Assembly (NCBI RefSeq): GCF_009914755.1
Contig: NC_060931.1
Source of the DNA: the human T2T-CHM13v2.0 reference genome, Homo sapiens
Reading direction: 5' to 3' (one strand)
DNA: 64,000 bases
Position numbers and translations under genes: made by a program
Notes under the pieces: model-generated
What the model saw: only the letters and a program-made list of their open reading frames with translations
Databases searched by the model: none
Told to the model about the DNA's origin: nothing
Shown here: one piece after another, positions 30,053 through 48,849 of the stretch
How the letters are laid out: every line of letters starts with the position of its first letter
How positions within the stretch are numbered: position 1 is the first letter of the stretch

Positions 30053-30257
30053 AAGGTTTTTCTTTAATTGCTCTTTAATAGTTGAGGATTCATGAATTAC
30101 TGTCAAAAAAACTCAGTCATTTTGTGACCTGGCTCCAAGTAGTCATGTGGACTTTCCCTATAAGATTGTCATGAAGGGAAGATCAGACATCTGTCTTATT
30201 AACCTCTCTACCCCCACTGACACAAAGCTGACACATGGTAGGTTCTTAATGAATATA

Positions 30258-30925
30258 TGAATGGAAAAGCTAAACTCGGTAAAATAATTTAAAGAGGTTT
30301 CTTCTGAGCCAAGATGAGTGACCTCAGGCAGGGGAAAACAAAAACCCAAGAAGTCTTGAGTAAGTGAGCCCAAGGAGATCAGATTACAGTTTGGTTTTAT
30401 ACATTTTAGGGAGACAGGAGTATCAGGCAAAGGCATAAATCAATGCATGGAAGGTATACGTTGGTTTGGCCCAAAAAGAAAGGATATTTTAAAGCAGAAG
30501 CTAACAGGTGTATAGGTGGATTTAGAGATTATTTAATTTGTAATCGGTTAGAGTAGTAAGGCTCTCTCTAAAACTTGTAGTCAGCAGAAAGGAATATCTT
30601 AAATTCAGATTAGGATGCTATGTAGCAAAATCAATGGCCTGCAGGCGTGATTTAACCCTTGCCTTGCATGGTCTCAGGTCTTGTTTATAATTTGGTATCT
30701 CATCTCGACAGAAGTCTGTTTTGTCAGTCCGATGGTCTCTATTTTAACATTAATGCTGGCCAGTTGTGCTTAAACTCTAAGAGGGAGGGAATATAGCAAG
30801 GTATGTCTGACCTCCATTCTCATCATGTCCAGGAATTCCATTTTTAAGGTTTTCTTGGGTCCCTCTGGCCAAGAGGGGATCCTGTTCAATCAGAGGGGGG
30901 CTTAGGATTTTATTTTATTTTATTT
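30258..30925 (-). mobile_element. MER4-family ERV1 LTR
   Basis: 'tacagtttggttttatacattttagggagacagg' and 'ggggggcttaggattttatttt' motifs. Confidence 0.7.
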
Positions 30926-31435
30926 TAGAAACGTTTGTAGAATAAATGAATTCATGTGGTCATGGTATCCCTTATGCCAAGGTCAGTAAGGGACCTAACC
31001 ATGTGTGAGGTGATAAACTTTCCGATGAGAATGTTTCTTTCCCTACATCTGTCTTTGTTATGTGCCACGCCCATGATTTCTGATTCCTTTGCCCTGGGGA
31101 GGCAGGTTTCTAATTTGAAAAGGAAGCCAGAAAAAAATGTCAGGAAAAAATAAATTGTGATGGAGAAAAGAAAGAGTAATGTCCTGAATAGGAAGGGGTG
31201 ATAAGTGAAGAGAATAAAAGCAGTTTTGATATTGATGTGCTTATTGAATTTAAAATGCAAAGATACATTTTATGAGAAATGCATATTGAAGGTAGAAGTT
31301 AGAGAAAAGAGCAAAAGACCCTGTGGTTTTAAATCTAATAGAATCTGTGACAGGCAGGAGGAAATCTAACGTCTTGAATTGATATGGACGAAAATGAGAA
31401 GTAATACAAGAAAATGAGTGATTATTTCTCTTCCT

Positions 31436-31757
31436 AGAGTAGTGTGGTCTAATAAAAGTATGATGTGAACCACATACGCAATTTTAAATTTTCTAGTAGC
31501 AAGATTAAAAAGTAAAAACAGACAGGTAAGATCAATTTTAACAACGTTTCATTTCTCAGTATGTCGAAAATATCTTTGTAACATGTAAACAACATGTAAA
31601 AATTACTTAATGAGCTATTTGACATTCTTCGTTTTCATGCTAAGTCTTTAAAATGCAGTGTGTATTTTATGTTTAAAGCATATCTCAGTTCAGACAAGCC
31701 ACATCTCAAGTGGTCAATAGCCATGTGTGGCTGGCGGCCACCGTATTGGACAACACA
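31436..31757. mobile_element. MER33 (hAT-Charlie)
   Basis: 'aattttaaattttctagtagc...caagtggtcaatagccatgtgtggctggcggccaccgtattggacaacaca'. Confidence 0.8.
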
Positions 31758-32225
31758 TGTATGCAACTTCAAGGTGACAAGGCTCCTGTATTTTGATTCA
31801 GTGGCAGATTTATTAAATCACTTCCAATTTCTATTTATTAGAAAACATTGGGTCTTCATGGTCCCCTTAATCTTTCTAAAATTTCAACTTTCCTTTAAAC
31901 AAAAGAAAAATAGTACTCTGCATATCATTACATTTTGATGTTTGGTGTTATTAAGTACTTATTTCAGTATCAGCCAAAATGTCAAAAAAAAGTCTGATTC
32001 AAATAAAATGAAAGTCGTAAGAGCCAAACTTGTCCTTAAATCTTCACATTCACATTTACCATTAGCTCCTTGTAGATCTGTGTTTCAAGAGGAAATATCA
32101 GAATGCAGGAGAGTGACTGTGTCGGGACATCTCAAAACCACTCCAGCCCTGTTCTGTGGCTGGGATTGCGAGGAGGCATTTGGAAGGGTCACGAGAGCCT
32201 TAGGTTATACTATACCACTTACTAA

Positions 32226-33806
32226 CATCACAGGAGCTTCTGGGTGTCATTTTGCCAGCCAGAAACCTCTGTGGCTGGTGGTGCCTTTGTCCGAGTTTTG
32301 CTTGGGCTGGCTAGGCTCATTCCACCCACTCAGCCCAGCAGGCTGTACTCAGCCCACACTACCGGCCCAGATCCCACGCCTGCCAAGGGCAAGCCAGGCA
32401 CAGAGTGGTGAGGGATGTGTAAGTGAGCGAGCATGGGGTCTGGACACTGCACACAACCAGGCATGCCAGCTGCTGCAGCGGGATGGGCAGCTCCAGACAC
32501 CAGCTCCCTGCGAGGCCTCAGTTGGACCAGATGTACTACGAGTGGTTTCCCCTGTGGGCACCAGTGTCTGGACTGGGTAACAAAGTAGCTTGGAGATGCC
32601 AGAAGCCGCAGAGCCCTAAAGAGGGTGCTACAGCCCTGGCTGGGGGAGCCCCTAGGTCTGGGCTTCCTGAGGGGCTGCAGCTCTTCTCTCCTTCTTGTCA
32701 CCTGCAACTTGGAAAACAGGGGTGCGTGTTTCAGCCCTGTTTGTGTTACAGCTCTTTCAGTCCCACCATTTGGGTTTCCTGAGTTATTGTCATGCATCCA
32801 GGAGGAATGAGATACATGGACAAATGGAGGGTGAACAAGGTGGAGAAGAGATTTATTGAGCCACAGTACAGCTCTCAGGAGACCCGAAGTGGGTAGCTCC
32901 TGACAGGTAGCAGGTCATCCCAACATCTGTGCAGCTCTCGGCAGAGAGGAGACCTGGAGTGGGTAGCTTCTATCTGCAGGCAGGGCGTCCTGCCATTGGC
33001 TTGAGTCTGGCTGAATGGGGGGGTTTATGGGCTAGGAAGGGAGGAAGTACATGCTGATTTATCCCTGGATGGCCATGGGCAGGCCCTGAAAAAAGCACCA
33101 TAAGTTCTCACTCTGGGCTGCAGACTTCACCTAGAACTGACAGCCTGGCCCCCAGGCTTCAGGCCATCCCTGGCTTGAAGGTGGGCAGGGACCTCCCCAT
33201 TTTACCCAGGAAGCTGTCTGTCTCCCGCCATCAATGTGCCATCCATGATGCCCAGGCTGTTCATGCCAAGGGGTGCTTTCAGGCTCACGTAGAGCCACCC
33301 TCAGCACCTCCCAGCCTCCCTCCCACACTCTTTGGTGCCCAAAGTCCAAAAAGGGCTGAGGCGGTGTGTCAGCATGGTCCTGAGCACATGCACACCTGGC
33401 TGGGTCACTACAGGGCCCAGGCTAGGCTACCTTGTTCCACATCAGAGCAGGCCCTAGATATGGGGAGAGGCCAGGGAATAAGAGGAGGAACTTCCGAGCC
33501 TGTGGGGGTAGGGGGAGCTTCCCTGGCCCCCAAGAGTGCAGGGATGCCGGAGCCTGGAGCTGCAGCTGGGCAGCTATAGCTATGCCTGGGGAGCCTGGGG
33601 CTCCCACCCCGCCAGCGCGGCCAACTCAGTAGGAGGCAGGGCTCTGACCTGTTCCTGGCCCCCAAGAACACAGGAATACCAGGGCCTGGAGCCTGTTCCC
33701 AGCTCCTGCTGGCTTCCTGGAGGGCGCAGTCCCAACCACACCCTTCTCCCCCATTACAGCCGGCATCTTCACAGTGGCCACTCCAGACAGGCCACTATTG
33801 CCATCA
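32226..33806 (-). mobile_element. MER52-family ERV1 solo LTR
   Basis: Reverse strand starts 'tgatggcaatagtggcc'; about 1.6 kb, GC-rich; TSD 'ctaa' at 32222-32225 and 33807-33810. Confidence 0.85.
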
Positions 33807-34267
33807 CTAATTCCCTCTTTCAGAATTACCTAGAAGCCTCAGAGGACCCAGTACGCTGTGGGGGAAGAAAAGGAATAAAAGCTCCCACCCACTCCCAGAT
33901 TCAGCCCCACAGACTTGCATTTCCCAAGTCCCCACCTTCTGTATCCCATAAAGATCGTTTGCCTTTAGCCATGGTACTCAGGGTAAGCTTGGCTATGGCA
34001 GGGCCTCTATAACCTTCATCAGCACCTTTCCTTGGCCAACCTCAATAAACAGTCATTAAAACAGTGGGCAGCTATACGAACAAAAAACCACAGGGATGTT
34101 CCCTGATCCCAGCTACTTTCCAGACACACCTTGGTTCCAAAGTCAAATTCTGGAGCTGACTCTGACAGAGACCACCAGGTCTAGGACCCAAAGTTCAGTG
34201 CCAGGCTCAAAGGATACAAGACAGAGGCAGACTGGCAGGACTCAGAGACTCCATCCAACTTTGCCCC

Positions 34268-34469
34268 TCCTGAAGCCACAAGACAGGGAATGCCTGGGGC
34301 TACCAGGAGCTGGAAGAGGAAGGAAGGATTCTCTCTAGAGTCTTTGCAGAGAGAGCAAAGCCCTGCTGACACCTGCTGGCTTCCAGAACTGTAAGATAAT
34401 GCATTTGTATTGTTTGAAGATGTCCATGTTTGTGGTCATTTGTGATAACAGCCCTAGGAAACTAATGCA
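34268..34469 (+). mobile_element. MLT1 LTR 3' fragment
   Basis: 'ccaggagctggaagagg...cagccctaggaaactaatgca'. Confidence 0.7.
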
Positions 34470-34703
34470 CCCATATGTCAGACATTATTACAGACAGGCA
34501 TCCTTATGGTTGGATCAGCTGGATCCTGGAAGAATTGAGCTCACCTGGGAGCTCTTACTCCCCTGGCAAGCAAAAGGGAACTCTGAATGCTGAACAATGT
34601 GCCAGGAAATGGTTATTTATATGAAAGCTATTGGTGGGAAGAGGAATGGGTTCTCAAACCTGGCTGATTATCAGAATCCCTGGGGCTATTTTTAAATAGC
34701 CAG

Positions 34704-35036
<333 letters not shown>

Positions 35037-35510
35037 TAGAGCTCATCCACAACCTTATAAATCAGAATTTCTAGTAGTACAGCCAATAAGCTGAATTTTT
35101 AAGGGTCCCCTGAGGTTTCTGCTTTTCGACTTGGTCTCATCTCCATGCCAGGGTGAGAGGGGGTTTACTTCTCTATGATGTGTGTGTAACAGGCGCCATC
35201 CTGACCAGAGGAGGGCAGGGACAAGAAGACTTCTGAGTTCTTCACACAGCCAGGAAAGCTTGGGTAAAAAGAACCAAGGGATCATGGTAGCCGCTCACAC
35301 AAAGCTTTAGAGGGGAAGATGCCTTCTTTTAGGGTTCAAAGCACATTTCTCATTCTTGAAAATGGATAGCAGATTTATCAGGAGGGGTTGGGAGTGGCCT
35401 GTGCAGTGAAGGATTAACCTTGACTGAAGGTAGGTTTCATCTTTTGTGCCCCAACTTGGGAGGTAACTTCGAAGCCACTGGGATGTTCTGGCAGATAAGA
35501 ATGCCTTTGT

Positions 35511-35829
<319 letters not shown>

Positions 35830-36076
35830 TTACCGAGGGGCTTTGGGCTATGCTAGATAGTCTCTTCTAACAGTAAGATTCATCCTGGGGACTTTGGGCC
35901 ACATGATATTAATTTGACCTCTTGAGGGGCTAGAGACTAAGGTCAGCCTTATAGTTGTCAGACATATCTGTATTACCAACCTCCAATGAAAGCCCTGGAT
36001 GCCAGGCCTCAGGCAGGTTGGTGATATTCCATACTTCATATCACACATTTTTGCTAGGAAAAAGAAACTTTGCTCA

Positions 36077-36530
<454 letters not shown>

Positions 36531-37734
36531 TGAATAAACTGTAGCCATGAGTATAACTGCTTTGCTGAGTTCCATGAATCCTAGCAAACTATTGAACCTG
36601 AAGGTAATCTTGGAGATATTCCCAAAGCATAATTATAAATAAAGTTTTGTGACTAGTGTTTCTTCACTTAACAATAGAGCATAATTGCATTTTGTATTAT
36701 TAAGCATTTTCCATCATTTAAATGGCATATATCCAATATATGGCTATCCTCAAACTTACTTTACTATTATTAATTTACCTGCCTTACTACATTACTTTAT
36801 TATTGGACCTTTAGATAGTACCCGAATTTTCCCTATGGAAATATTGCTGAAAATAACAATTATAAGTAGATGTATTTGTTTGTCCATCATTTTGACTTTA
36901 TAACAAATTCCTAGAAGTGGGATACTCCATCAAATGGTACGCATATTTGTTTCATATTGCCAAAGAGTCTTCACAAATATTTTCCCAGTTTACATTTCTC
37001 ATACCCTTGACAATTCTGTGCATTAGCATTTTTCCGTTTCTGCCAAATTAAGAGGTGGAAAATGCTATCTGAATATTAGTTGAACTTGCTTTAATTTGCA
37101 CTTCATTGATTACTAATGGGAGTGGACAGCTTTTTCAGATGTTTTTATTAGTCCTTTGAGAACTCCCTGTCATTTAGGAGATTCTCGATCTTTTTTTTTT
37201 TTTTTTCCAGTTTGCACCAATTCACACTCCCACCAGCAGTATTTGAGAATTCCTGATTAGAAAAGGGCCGTATTGGTGTGAGCTGGACTCACTGGGGTGG
37301 ACCCAGCAGGTGAGGCTGGGGTTTGAATAGACGGGCATTTTCATCAGGGAAACCTGCATGTAGTGAGAGGCAGGTATATTTCAGAACCTGAGGATAAAGC
37401 AGCTGGGTGGGAGCAGAGGGTGGGTCAGGTTGAGCAAGAAACAGCAGAGCTGGCTAGACGGGCCTCAAGGTGGAAAGACTTGAGTCATAGCCAGACCACT
37501 TATCCTGTGGACAGCAATAACCCACAACAGGTCCCTATGCAAGGGAACAATTTATAACTATTGACTTTCTTGCTTAACCAAATATTTAAATTCTCAACAT
37601 GTGTGGTATTGCTAAAAAGTCTGTTTTAATTTTTATCTTCCACCCACCCAATCTCCCAAGCCTCCATCTGCTCAACTCTGCTCCTCAAACACACATCCAT
37701 ATCGCAGTACCTATACCACCAACACTACCATGGT

Positions 37735-38110
37735 ATGTACTACATACACACTCACATACACATGTACACATAACACACATGCACACACACAAATATACAC
37801 ACTCACATACACACACGCACACACATACACACATAAGCACACAAACACACAATACACACACAACACACTCACATACACATATACACATTCACACATATAC
37901 ATACACTCACACATATATACATACACATGCACACATATACAAACATACATACACACATACACAACATATACACACAAGCACACATACAAACATGCATACA
38001 CACATGCACACACAACACACACATGCACACAAACACATACACATTTACACATGCATGCACACACAATACACACTGTACACACATATACACATACATGTAC
38101 ACATACACTA
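37735..38110. repeat. Degenerate (CA/TA)n tract, left part
   Basis: Alternating purine-pyrimidine sequence; source of the spurious His/Thr and Cys/Val ORFs. Confidence 0.95.
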
Positions 38111-38113
38111 ACA

Positions 38114-39131
38114 TGTTTCGAGAAGTCAGGGACCCCAAGTGGAGGGATCAGCTGGAGCTGCAGCAGAGGAACATAAACTGTGAAGATTTCATTTTAATAT
38201 GGACATTTATCAGTTCTCAAATAATGCTTTTATAATTTCTTATGCCTGTCTTTAATCTCTTAATCCTGTTATCTTTGTAAGCTGAGGATGTACATCACCT
38301 CAGGACCACTGTGATAATTGTGTTAACTGTATAAATTGATTGTAAAACATGTGTGTTTGAACAATATGAAATCAGTGCACCTTGAAAAAGAACAGAATAA
38401 TAGCAATTTTTATGGAACAAAGGAAGACAACCATAAGGTCTGACTGCCTGCGGGGTCGGGCAAAAAGAGCCATATTTTTCTTCTTGCAGACAGCCTATAA
38501 ACGGACGTGCAAGTAGGAAACATATCGCTAAATTATTTTCCTAGCAAGGAATATTAATATTAATACCTTAGGAAAGGAATGCATCCCTGGGGGAAGGTCT
38601 ATGAACGGCCGCTCTGGGAATGTCTGTCTTGTGCAGTTGAGATAAGGACTGAAATAAGGCCTGGTCTCCTGCAGAACCCTCAGGCTTACTAGGGTTGGGA
38701 AAACTCAGCCCTGGTAAATCTGTGGTCAGACCAGTTCTCTGCTCTCGAACCCTGTTTTCTGTTAAGATGTTTATCAAGACAATACGTGCACCGCTGAACA
38801 TAGACCCTTATCAGTGGTTCTTCTTTGCCCTTTGCCCTGTGATATTTGTGAGACCCTTATCAGTGGTTCTGCTTTTCGCCCTTTGAAGCATGTGATCTTT
38901 GTACCTACTCTCTGTTCTTACACACACCCCCCTTTTGAAACCCTTAATAAAAACTTGCTGGTCTGAGACTCGGGCGGGCATCACGGTCCTACCGATATGT
39001 GATGTCACCCCTGGCGGCCCAGCTGTAAAATTCCTCTCTTTGTACTATCTCACTTTATTTCTCAGCCGGCCGACACTTACGGAAAATAGAAAGAACCTAC
39101 ATTGAAATATTGGGGATGGGTTTCCCCAATA
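38114..39131 (+). mobile_element. MER11 (HERVK11/HML-8) solo LTR
   Basis: 'tgtttcgagaagtcagggacccc...gggtttccccaata'; 6-bp TSD 'ctaaca' at 38108-38113 and 39132-39137. Confidence 0.92.
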
Positions 39132-39134
39132 CTA

Positions 39135-39625
39135 ACACACATACACACACATGCACACACAACACATACACACAAGCACACATATATGCACACTCATACA
39201 CGCATACACATGCACACACAACACATACACACAAGCACACATATGCACTCATACACGCATACACATGCACACACAACATACACACAAGCACACATATATG
39301 CACACTCATACACGCATACACATGTACACACAGGCACACATACAAACATACACATACACACTCACATACACAAACACACACGTGCACACATGCACAGATG
39401 CACACACATACACACATATACACACTTATACAGGTGTAAAAATATACACACATACACATATATACACATAAACACTGACATATACCACATGCACACACAT
39501 ATACATGCACAAACATGCACACACATACACACACATACACATACATACTCATGAATGCACGCACATACACACATACATAAATACACACACGTACATACAT
39601 ATACATATGCACATACATACATATG
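39135..39625. repeat. Degenerate (CA/TA)n tract, right part
   Basis: Continuation of the tract split by MER11. Confidence 0.95.
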
Positions 39626-40271
39626 CCTACCCACCCATTTTGCCATCCAGTGGGCCCTTCTGGTTTGAATGTCCTTGTTCCACTTTTTCACCTTTAGAAT
39701 AAAGATACCTTCTTTACCCTAAAGGTGTAGAATAAAGTCCTACAAATCTTTTAAGGCCACAGTCTGCTTGTTCATATCCTTGGGAGCTCAGTTACAAGCT
39801 GTACCACGATGTGTCTGTTTCCTTATCAGTCTACCTGCTGACAAAGATTAAGACCAATTCTGTTTTGTGGTTGTCATAGTCATTAGGAACCGATCTTTCC
39901 TAGAACTCTCCAAGCCTTAGTGGTCTGATTTGAGGGTCCCTAGGGAAGCTTTCCCACCTGAGAATTTCACACATTTGCCAATAAACCAGAAATTCTACTT
40001 CTTTTGAGTCTCAGTGGGTTTTCATTTTCCAGCTTCTCCTAATAAACTGAAAGTGCTCTTACTGTCAATCTCTCATCAGCTAATATTCTGATCATTGGCC
40101 CATATCTAAGTGGTGATCAGACAACAGCTCGGCTTTGCCTGAGTGCAGGTGAGTCGGGCAAGGACAAAAGAACGTGCACACTAGGACTTCACCTGTGTTG
40201 CTGCTTCCTGGCAGCAGACTCTGAAGGGAGAGTAACAGATGCCCACAACTGGAATCAAAATTTAATCTGGA

Positions 40272-40645
<374 letters not shown>

Positions 40646-41171
40646 TTAAATGCCTCCATCCTCTTTACACTAACCTGGATCAAAAAAGAGAAGAACTGGC
40701 ATCCTGTGGACAGTAACTGTCCAGAAAGTCTTGAGATAAATTTATTCATAAAACCAGGCATCCCAGTGAATCTGTTGGGCCATTTTTTAATAACTTCCAT
40801 GTCTTCATCTTAAATAACACGTATTTCACAGTTCACTCCTGTCTTCCATCCTACTCCCTCCTTTTGTTCTTTCTGTGTAACTTTCTTTATCCATGGCCTA
40901 AGCGCTGAGGATACAGAGGTAAATGCTGTCACCTTTCACAGACTCTCAGTCCGTCCCTCTCGTAATCCCTTCCCCATGGTGTTGTCTGTCACTCATGGCT
41001 CTTTGTGTGGGTGTGCGCATTGCCGTGTGATGCAATTCCCTCATCTTCTCATGAAAACACACGCACAGCCAAGTTGACTCTATCATCCATGCTTGTCAGA
41101 AGCAGGGAGGCCTTTGCGTGACTCTCCTCTGGGTTACAGGAAAGACATAAACATGAAAAATGTGCTTTTAA

Positions 41172-41507
<336 letters not shown>

Positions 41508-41536
41508 CAAGTCTATTCTTAAAAGCCAGAAGAAGG

Positions 41537-41840
41537 GGCCCAGCGCGGTGGCTCACACCTTTAATCCCAGCACTTTGGGAAGCCAAGGCAGGTGGATCAC
41601 CTGAGGTCAGGAGTTCGAGACTAGCCTGGCCAACATGGTGTAACCCCGTCTCTACTAAAAATAAAAAATTAGCTGGGTGTGGTGGCGTGCTCTTACAGTC
41701 CCAGGTACTCAGGAGGCTGAGGCAGGAGAATCGCTTGAACCCAGGATGAGGAGGTTGCAATGAGCTGAGATTATGCCACTGCACCCCAGTCTGGGCAATA
41801 GAGTGAGACTCCATCTCAAAAAAAAAGGAGAAAAAAAAAA
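41537..41840 (+). mobile_element. AluS
   Basis: TSD aaaagcc(a/g)gaagaagg. Confidence 0.92.
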
Positions 41841-42334
41841 GCCGGAAGAAGGACCCATTAACAGCAATCACAGCCCCACAACCAGCACTGAGGCAACAAC
41901 AAGGATCTCTGGTTCTAATTTTTCTTCCCAAAATCCTCTGGAGGCAGCGCTGAAGACACCTTACAGCAGGGGGGTGATTAAGTCAATTTCCGGGAAACAA
42001 GCCAACAGGTTGCGTTGTGGTTTAGAACAAAAACCTTGATTAAATAAATTAGAGTCTTGGGAGCCCTCTTTCTCTGAACCCCAATTCCATGGTACTCATA
42101 CTAAGATGCTTCAGTTCAATTCTGCAAATGTTTATTGAGCGCCTGCTATGTGGCAAGCACAGTGCATGGCGCTGGAGCTAATGAGTGATAGAGCCTCTTC
42201 TCTCTAGAAGCTCATCCTGACAGGCAGACAGGACACACCCTAAGTGACTCTATTACTCAGTAGCCTATAGTAGGTGCTAATTTAAGGGTTCAAACAGAAG
42301 TGCAATGAGGAAAGACAGAAAGGAAACAGTAATC

Positions 42335-42570
42335 AGAGAGGCAGTGGAGCTTAAGAGGTAGGAATTGGAACCCAGAGCCAGTGGACTGGCTCAACACTCT
42401 CAACCATTTGACTTAATCTCATTAATCCTCAACTTCCTCACCTGTAATATGAGCATAATTCTAGTAACATCCTTATTGTGTTATTCTGGAAAGGATTTTT
42501 AAAACGGTGGATGTGTCCTTCTCAGCACAGTGCCTGGCACATAGTAAGTGCTCAGCGTAAATATTAGATA
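42335..42570 (+). mobile_element. MIR
   Basis: 'cttcctcacctgtaatatgag...agcacagtgcctggcacatagtaagtgctca'. Confidence 0.75.
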
Positions 42571-43485
42571 GCAGCAGGGCAGCACACAATAACTTCTTTG
42601 AAAATTATTATAATAGGATTTTCTATGACCTCTGAATGTTAATTTTAGAAATGTTCTTAATTATGGAGGAATCTCAAAAGACTTCCTGGTTCCAGTTCTT
42701 CCTAGGTGTCCAGCTGCCAACTCCCCCTGCAGATCCAGGGACTTGCGGGCTCTCTAACTGTGTGAGCCAATTCCTGAGAATACATTTCTGTCTCTATGTA
42801 TACATCCTATGGATTCTGTTCCTCTAGAGAACCCCGAGGAATACAAGTACGGTTTACATCTGAAAACGGAGCACATCCCTCCCCAGGCAGGGTTTGGGTA
42901 ACTTTTCTCCGAAGTCATGACCTAAATGCAAAATAACTGGGCCAAAAAGGAAGTCCATCAAAAGGATAGACTTTTTGGAATTTTTCCTGTAAGTCTCTAT
43001 TAGTTTCTTAAGGCTAAATAAATTGGGATATCATAAAAAGTACTTTTCATGCTTTTCTGATAAATCCAGGAAAAGATATGGGAGAGATATAGATATATAG
43101 ATATACATTTGGTTAATGTCAGTCAAGTGTTGTGAGAAACGGCCTCTCGTCAAGAATATCCCAGTGGGCAGCTCAGGCTCCTGGGTTGCCTAGCACGCTG
43201 CCCTGTGACACTGTGTGGTCACTTAGCACTCCAAATCCCGCTCTGCCAAATACCTCTAATATTGCTTCCAGCTCCACAATGCCAAAATAAAGCTCTATGA
43301 AATGTACACTAAATATAAATAGAAATAATTACACATTTGTGACTGCGCATCGATTTACAGATTTATAGACCCATCACTCAAAGCTTGATATCGGCATCAA
43401 CTGACATTTGGTAGCAGCAGTTATCTCAGTTCTTAAGGCTTCCTGATGCTGGCTACAAAGCTTATGTGCTTTATGTGAGATCCAA

Positions 43486-43831
<346 letters not shown>

Positions 43832-44002
43832 CTATATATGAAATTAGATCGAAAGAGAGCCCATGAAGACCTCTCTGGCACAGGTCACAATCAATACATA
43901 AGCCTCGGCCTCAAACTTCACACTCATCAATTCACAAGATGTCAAACTCCTGTCCACCACATACTGCAACCAAAGGGTGAGGAGTGCTATTGTCTCATCT
44001 GA

Positions 44003-44425
<423 letters not shown>

Positions 44426-44494
44426 TAGAGGCCACCGTGGAAGAGGGGAGAAAAACACAGAGAACACCATCTGTGTCTGCTTCCTGGGTGCGCC

Positions 44495-45228
44495 AGAACA
44501 AAGATGAACTTATTGTCTCACAGTTCTGGAATCTGGGAAGTCCAAGATCAAGGTGTTGGCAGGACTGGTTCCTTCTGAGAGCCGTGAGGAAGAATCTGTC
44601 CGGGCCTCTCTCCTTTTCCGATGGTGTGCTGGCCGTCTTTGGTGTTCCTTGGCTTAAAGAAGCATCACCTCAATCTCCGTCTTCATCCTTACATGGCATT
44701 TTCCCTGTACATGTGACTGTGTTTATACTGCCCCCCACCTTTTTTTTTTTTTTTTAAGACAGAGTCTCCCTCTGTTGCCCCTGCTGGTGTGCTGTGGCAC
44801 AAACTCAGCTCACAGCTCACTGCAACCCTCACCTCCTGGGTTCGAGTGATTCTCCTACCTCGGCCTCCCGAGTAGCTGGGACTAGAGTTGTGAGCCACCA
44901 CAACCACACCTGGCTACTTTTTGTATTTTTAGTAAAGACAGGGTTTCACCATGTTGGCCAGGCTGGTCTTGAACCCCTAACGTCTGATGATTCGCCCATT
45001 TCATCCTCCCAAAGTGCTGGGATTACAGGTGTGAGCCACCATGCCTGGCACTTCCCCCTTTAATAAGGACATCAGTTATGTCAGACGAGGTCCCACTCTC
45101 ATGACTTCATCTTCATCAATTACATCTGTAACAACTCTATTTCCAAATAAGGTCATGTTGGAGGTACTGGGAGTTAGGACTTCAACATATGAATTGGGAG
45201 GGGGCGGGGCACACAATTTAACCCATAG
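44495..45228 (-). mobile_element. MLT1-family LTR with nested antisense Alu (44740-45049)
   Basis: 'tctcacagttctggaatctgggaagtccaagatcaagg' and 'ctatttccaaataaggtca...ggacttcaacatatgaatt'. Confidence 0.8.
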
Positions 45229-45288
45229 CCCTCTCCTGCTTCAAAGCCTGTATGAATATGTAAACTCACATTTTAGAAGTGCATTTTT

Positions 45289-45592
<304 letters not shown>

Positions 45593-46280
45593 TTATTTTG
45601 AATTAGTATAAGACTCACAAGAAGTTGCAAAAATAGTGCCAGGAGGTCTCACACACCCTTCACCCAAAGATTGCTTATGTAACGCTAGTTAGTACATTGT
45701 AGAAAGCAGGAAATTGATATTGGTATGATGCTGTTAACTCTGGAACAGATCTTACTGATCAACTTTTACATACAAATTTTCAAATCTGTTTTTTAAGTCC
45801 AACAATAATAAGAAAAAATAATAACTACATGTTTTAAAAGATACAAAATGAGAATAGTACCAGTAAAACATGATTTCTTAATGTAAAATATCAAAATATA
45901 ATGTACTTGGTTTCAAGAGCAGCAAATTCTGGCATTTGAACTACAGTACTTGATTTGGGTTTATAAAATGTTAGCAGGCTATTGAGGCAGAGGTCCAGAA
46001 GATGAAATATTTTCCTATTATTTCACTGGATCAATAAACTCTGCTTTGTGTTCAAAGCCTCTCAGCTCAGTGCTTTGCAACGGTTCACTTTCATTTCTCC
46101 TCCATTTCCCCTCCAGAAACCAAGGTCATCTCCCTCCACCATTCGGTCTTAGCAGCTAAGCCCTAATCCTCACAATTATTAGAGGAATTGTTCTTAGGTC
46201 ACTATTCTGTTTCTACTAACTTTTTGGAAAATGCAAGATGTAGTGTATTGGGGAGGGGCAACCACAAAATTCCTGAAATG

Positions 46281-46644
<364 letters not shown>

Positions 46645-47289
46645 CTAAGGTATAGATTTTACAAGTTACTCCTTCCCAAAGAACCCATGCCCACCAAGAC
46701 CATGATGAGGTGAAGAGAATCCTGAAGTTACACCAAGGGAAAGGAAGTCCCCCACAGCAAGAGAGGCCAGGCAACTGGAAGGCAAGAAAGATGAGGAATG
46801 AAGCAAACCTCAGAAGGCACATTTGGATAAAAAACTGACAGAATATGCCCTTCCCACTCTAGATTAGGTGAGAGGGCAAGGTTGAGTGAGTGGGCATTGG
46901 AATGGCTAAAGATGGGCAGGGGAGGGTTGTAGGAAGAGGACATGTTCATGTCTTCCACAGACCTGGCTCAAGGTTAATTATAATACCTTTGCAAAGTTGA
47001 ACCTGACCTTCCTGTACCCACCTAGAGCTCCCACTCCAAGTAACCACTTAGCCATTCCTGTTCCTGGGAGGATTTACAGGGAAAATTGTGATTGGGTCTC
47101 ATCACCATCAATGGCATCCCATTTTGTTATTATGTTTTAAATCATCAATTTGTGCCAATATTGATAGAATTAGTGAGACAGTAAGTACCCTACCTGTCGG
47201 GGAGAAAGCAATACTTACCTTGACAACCTGAGGAGGCCGCACTGGGTATGTATGGTACAGATGCTAACTGAACTTTAAAGGGGTCAGTA

Positions 47290-48465
<1,176 letters not shown>

Positions 48466-48517
48466 GGGGTTCCCGTTAACAAAGCCTTGTAAAATGACTC
48501 ACAAAAGAAACAAATTG

Positions 48518-48849
<332 letters not shown>

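Noticed and set aside
37599-39702. Long His/Thr-rich and Cys/Val-rich ORFs
   Set aside because: Translations of (CA)n/(TG)n repeats; the same applies to 54527-54995.
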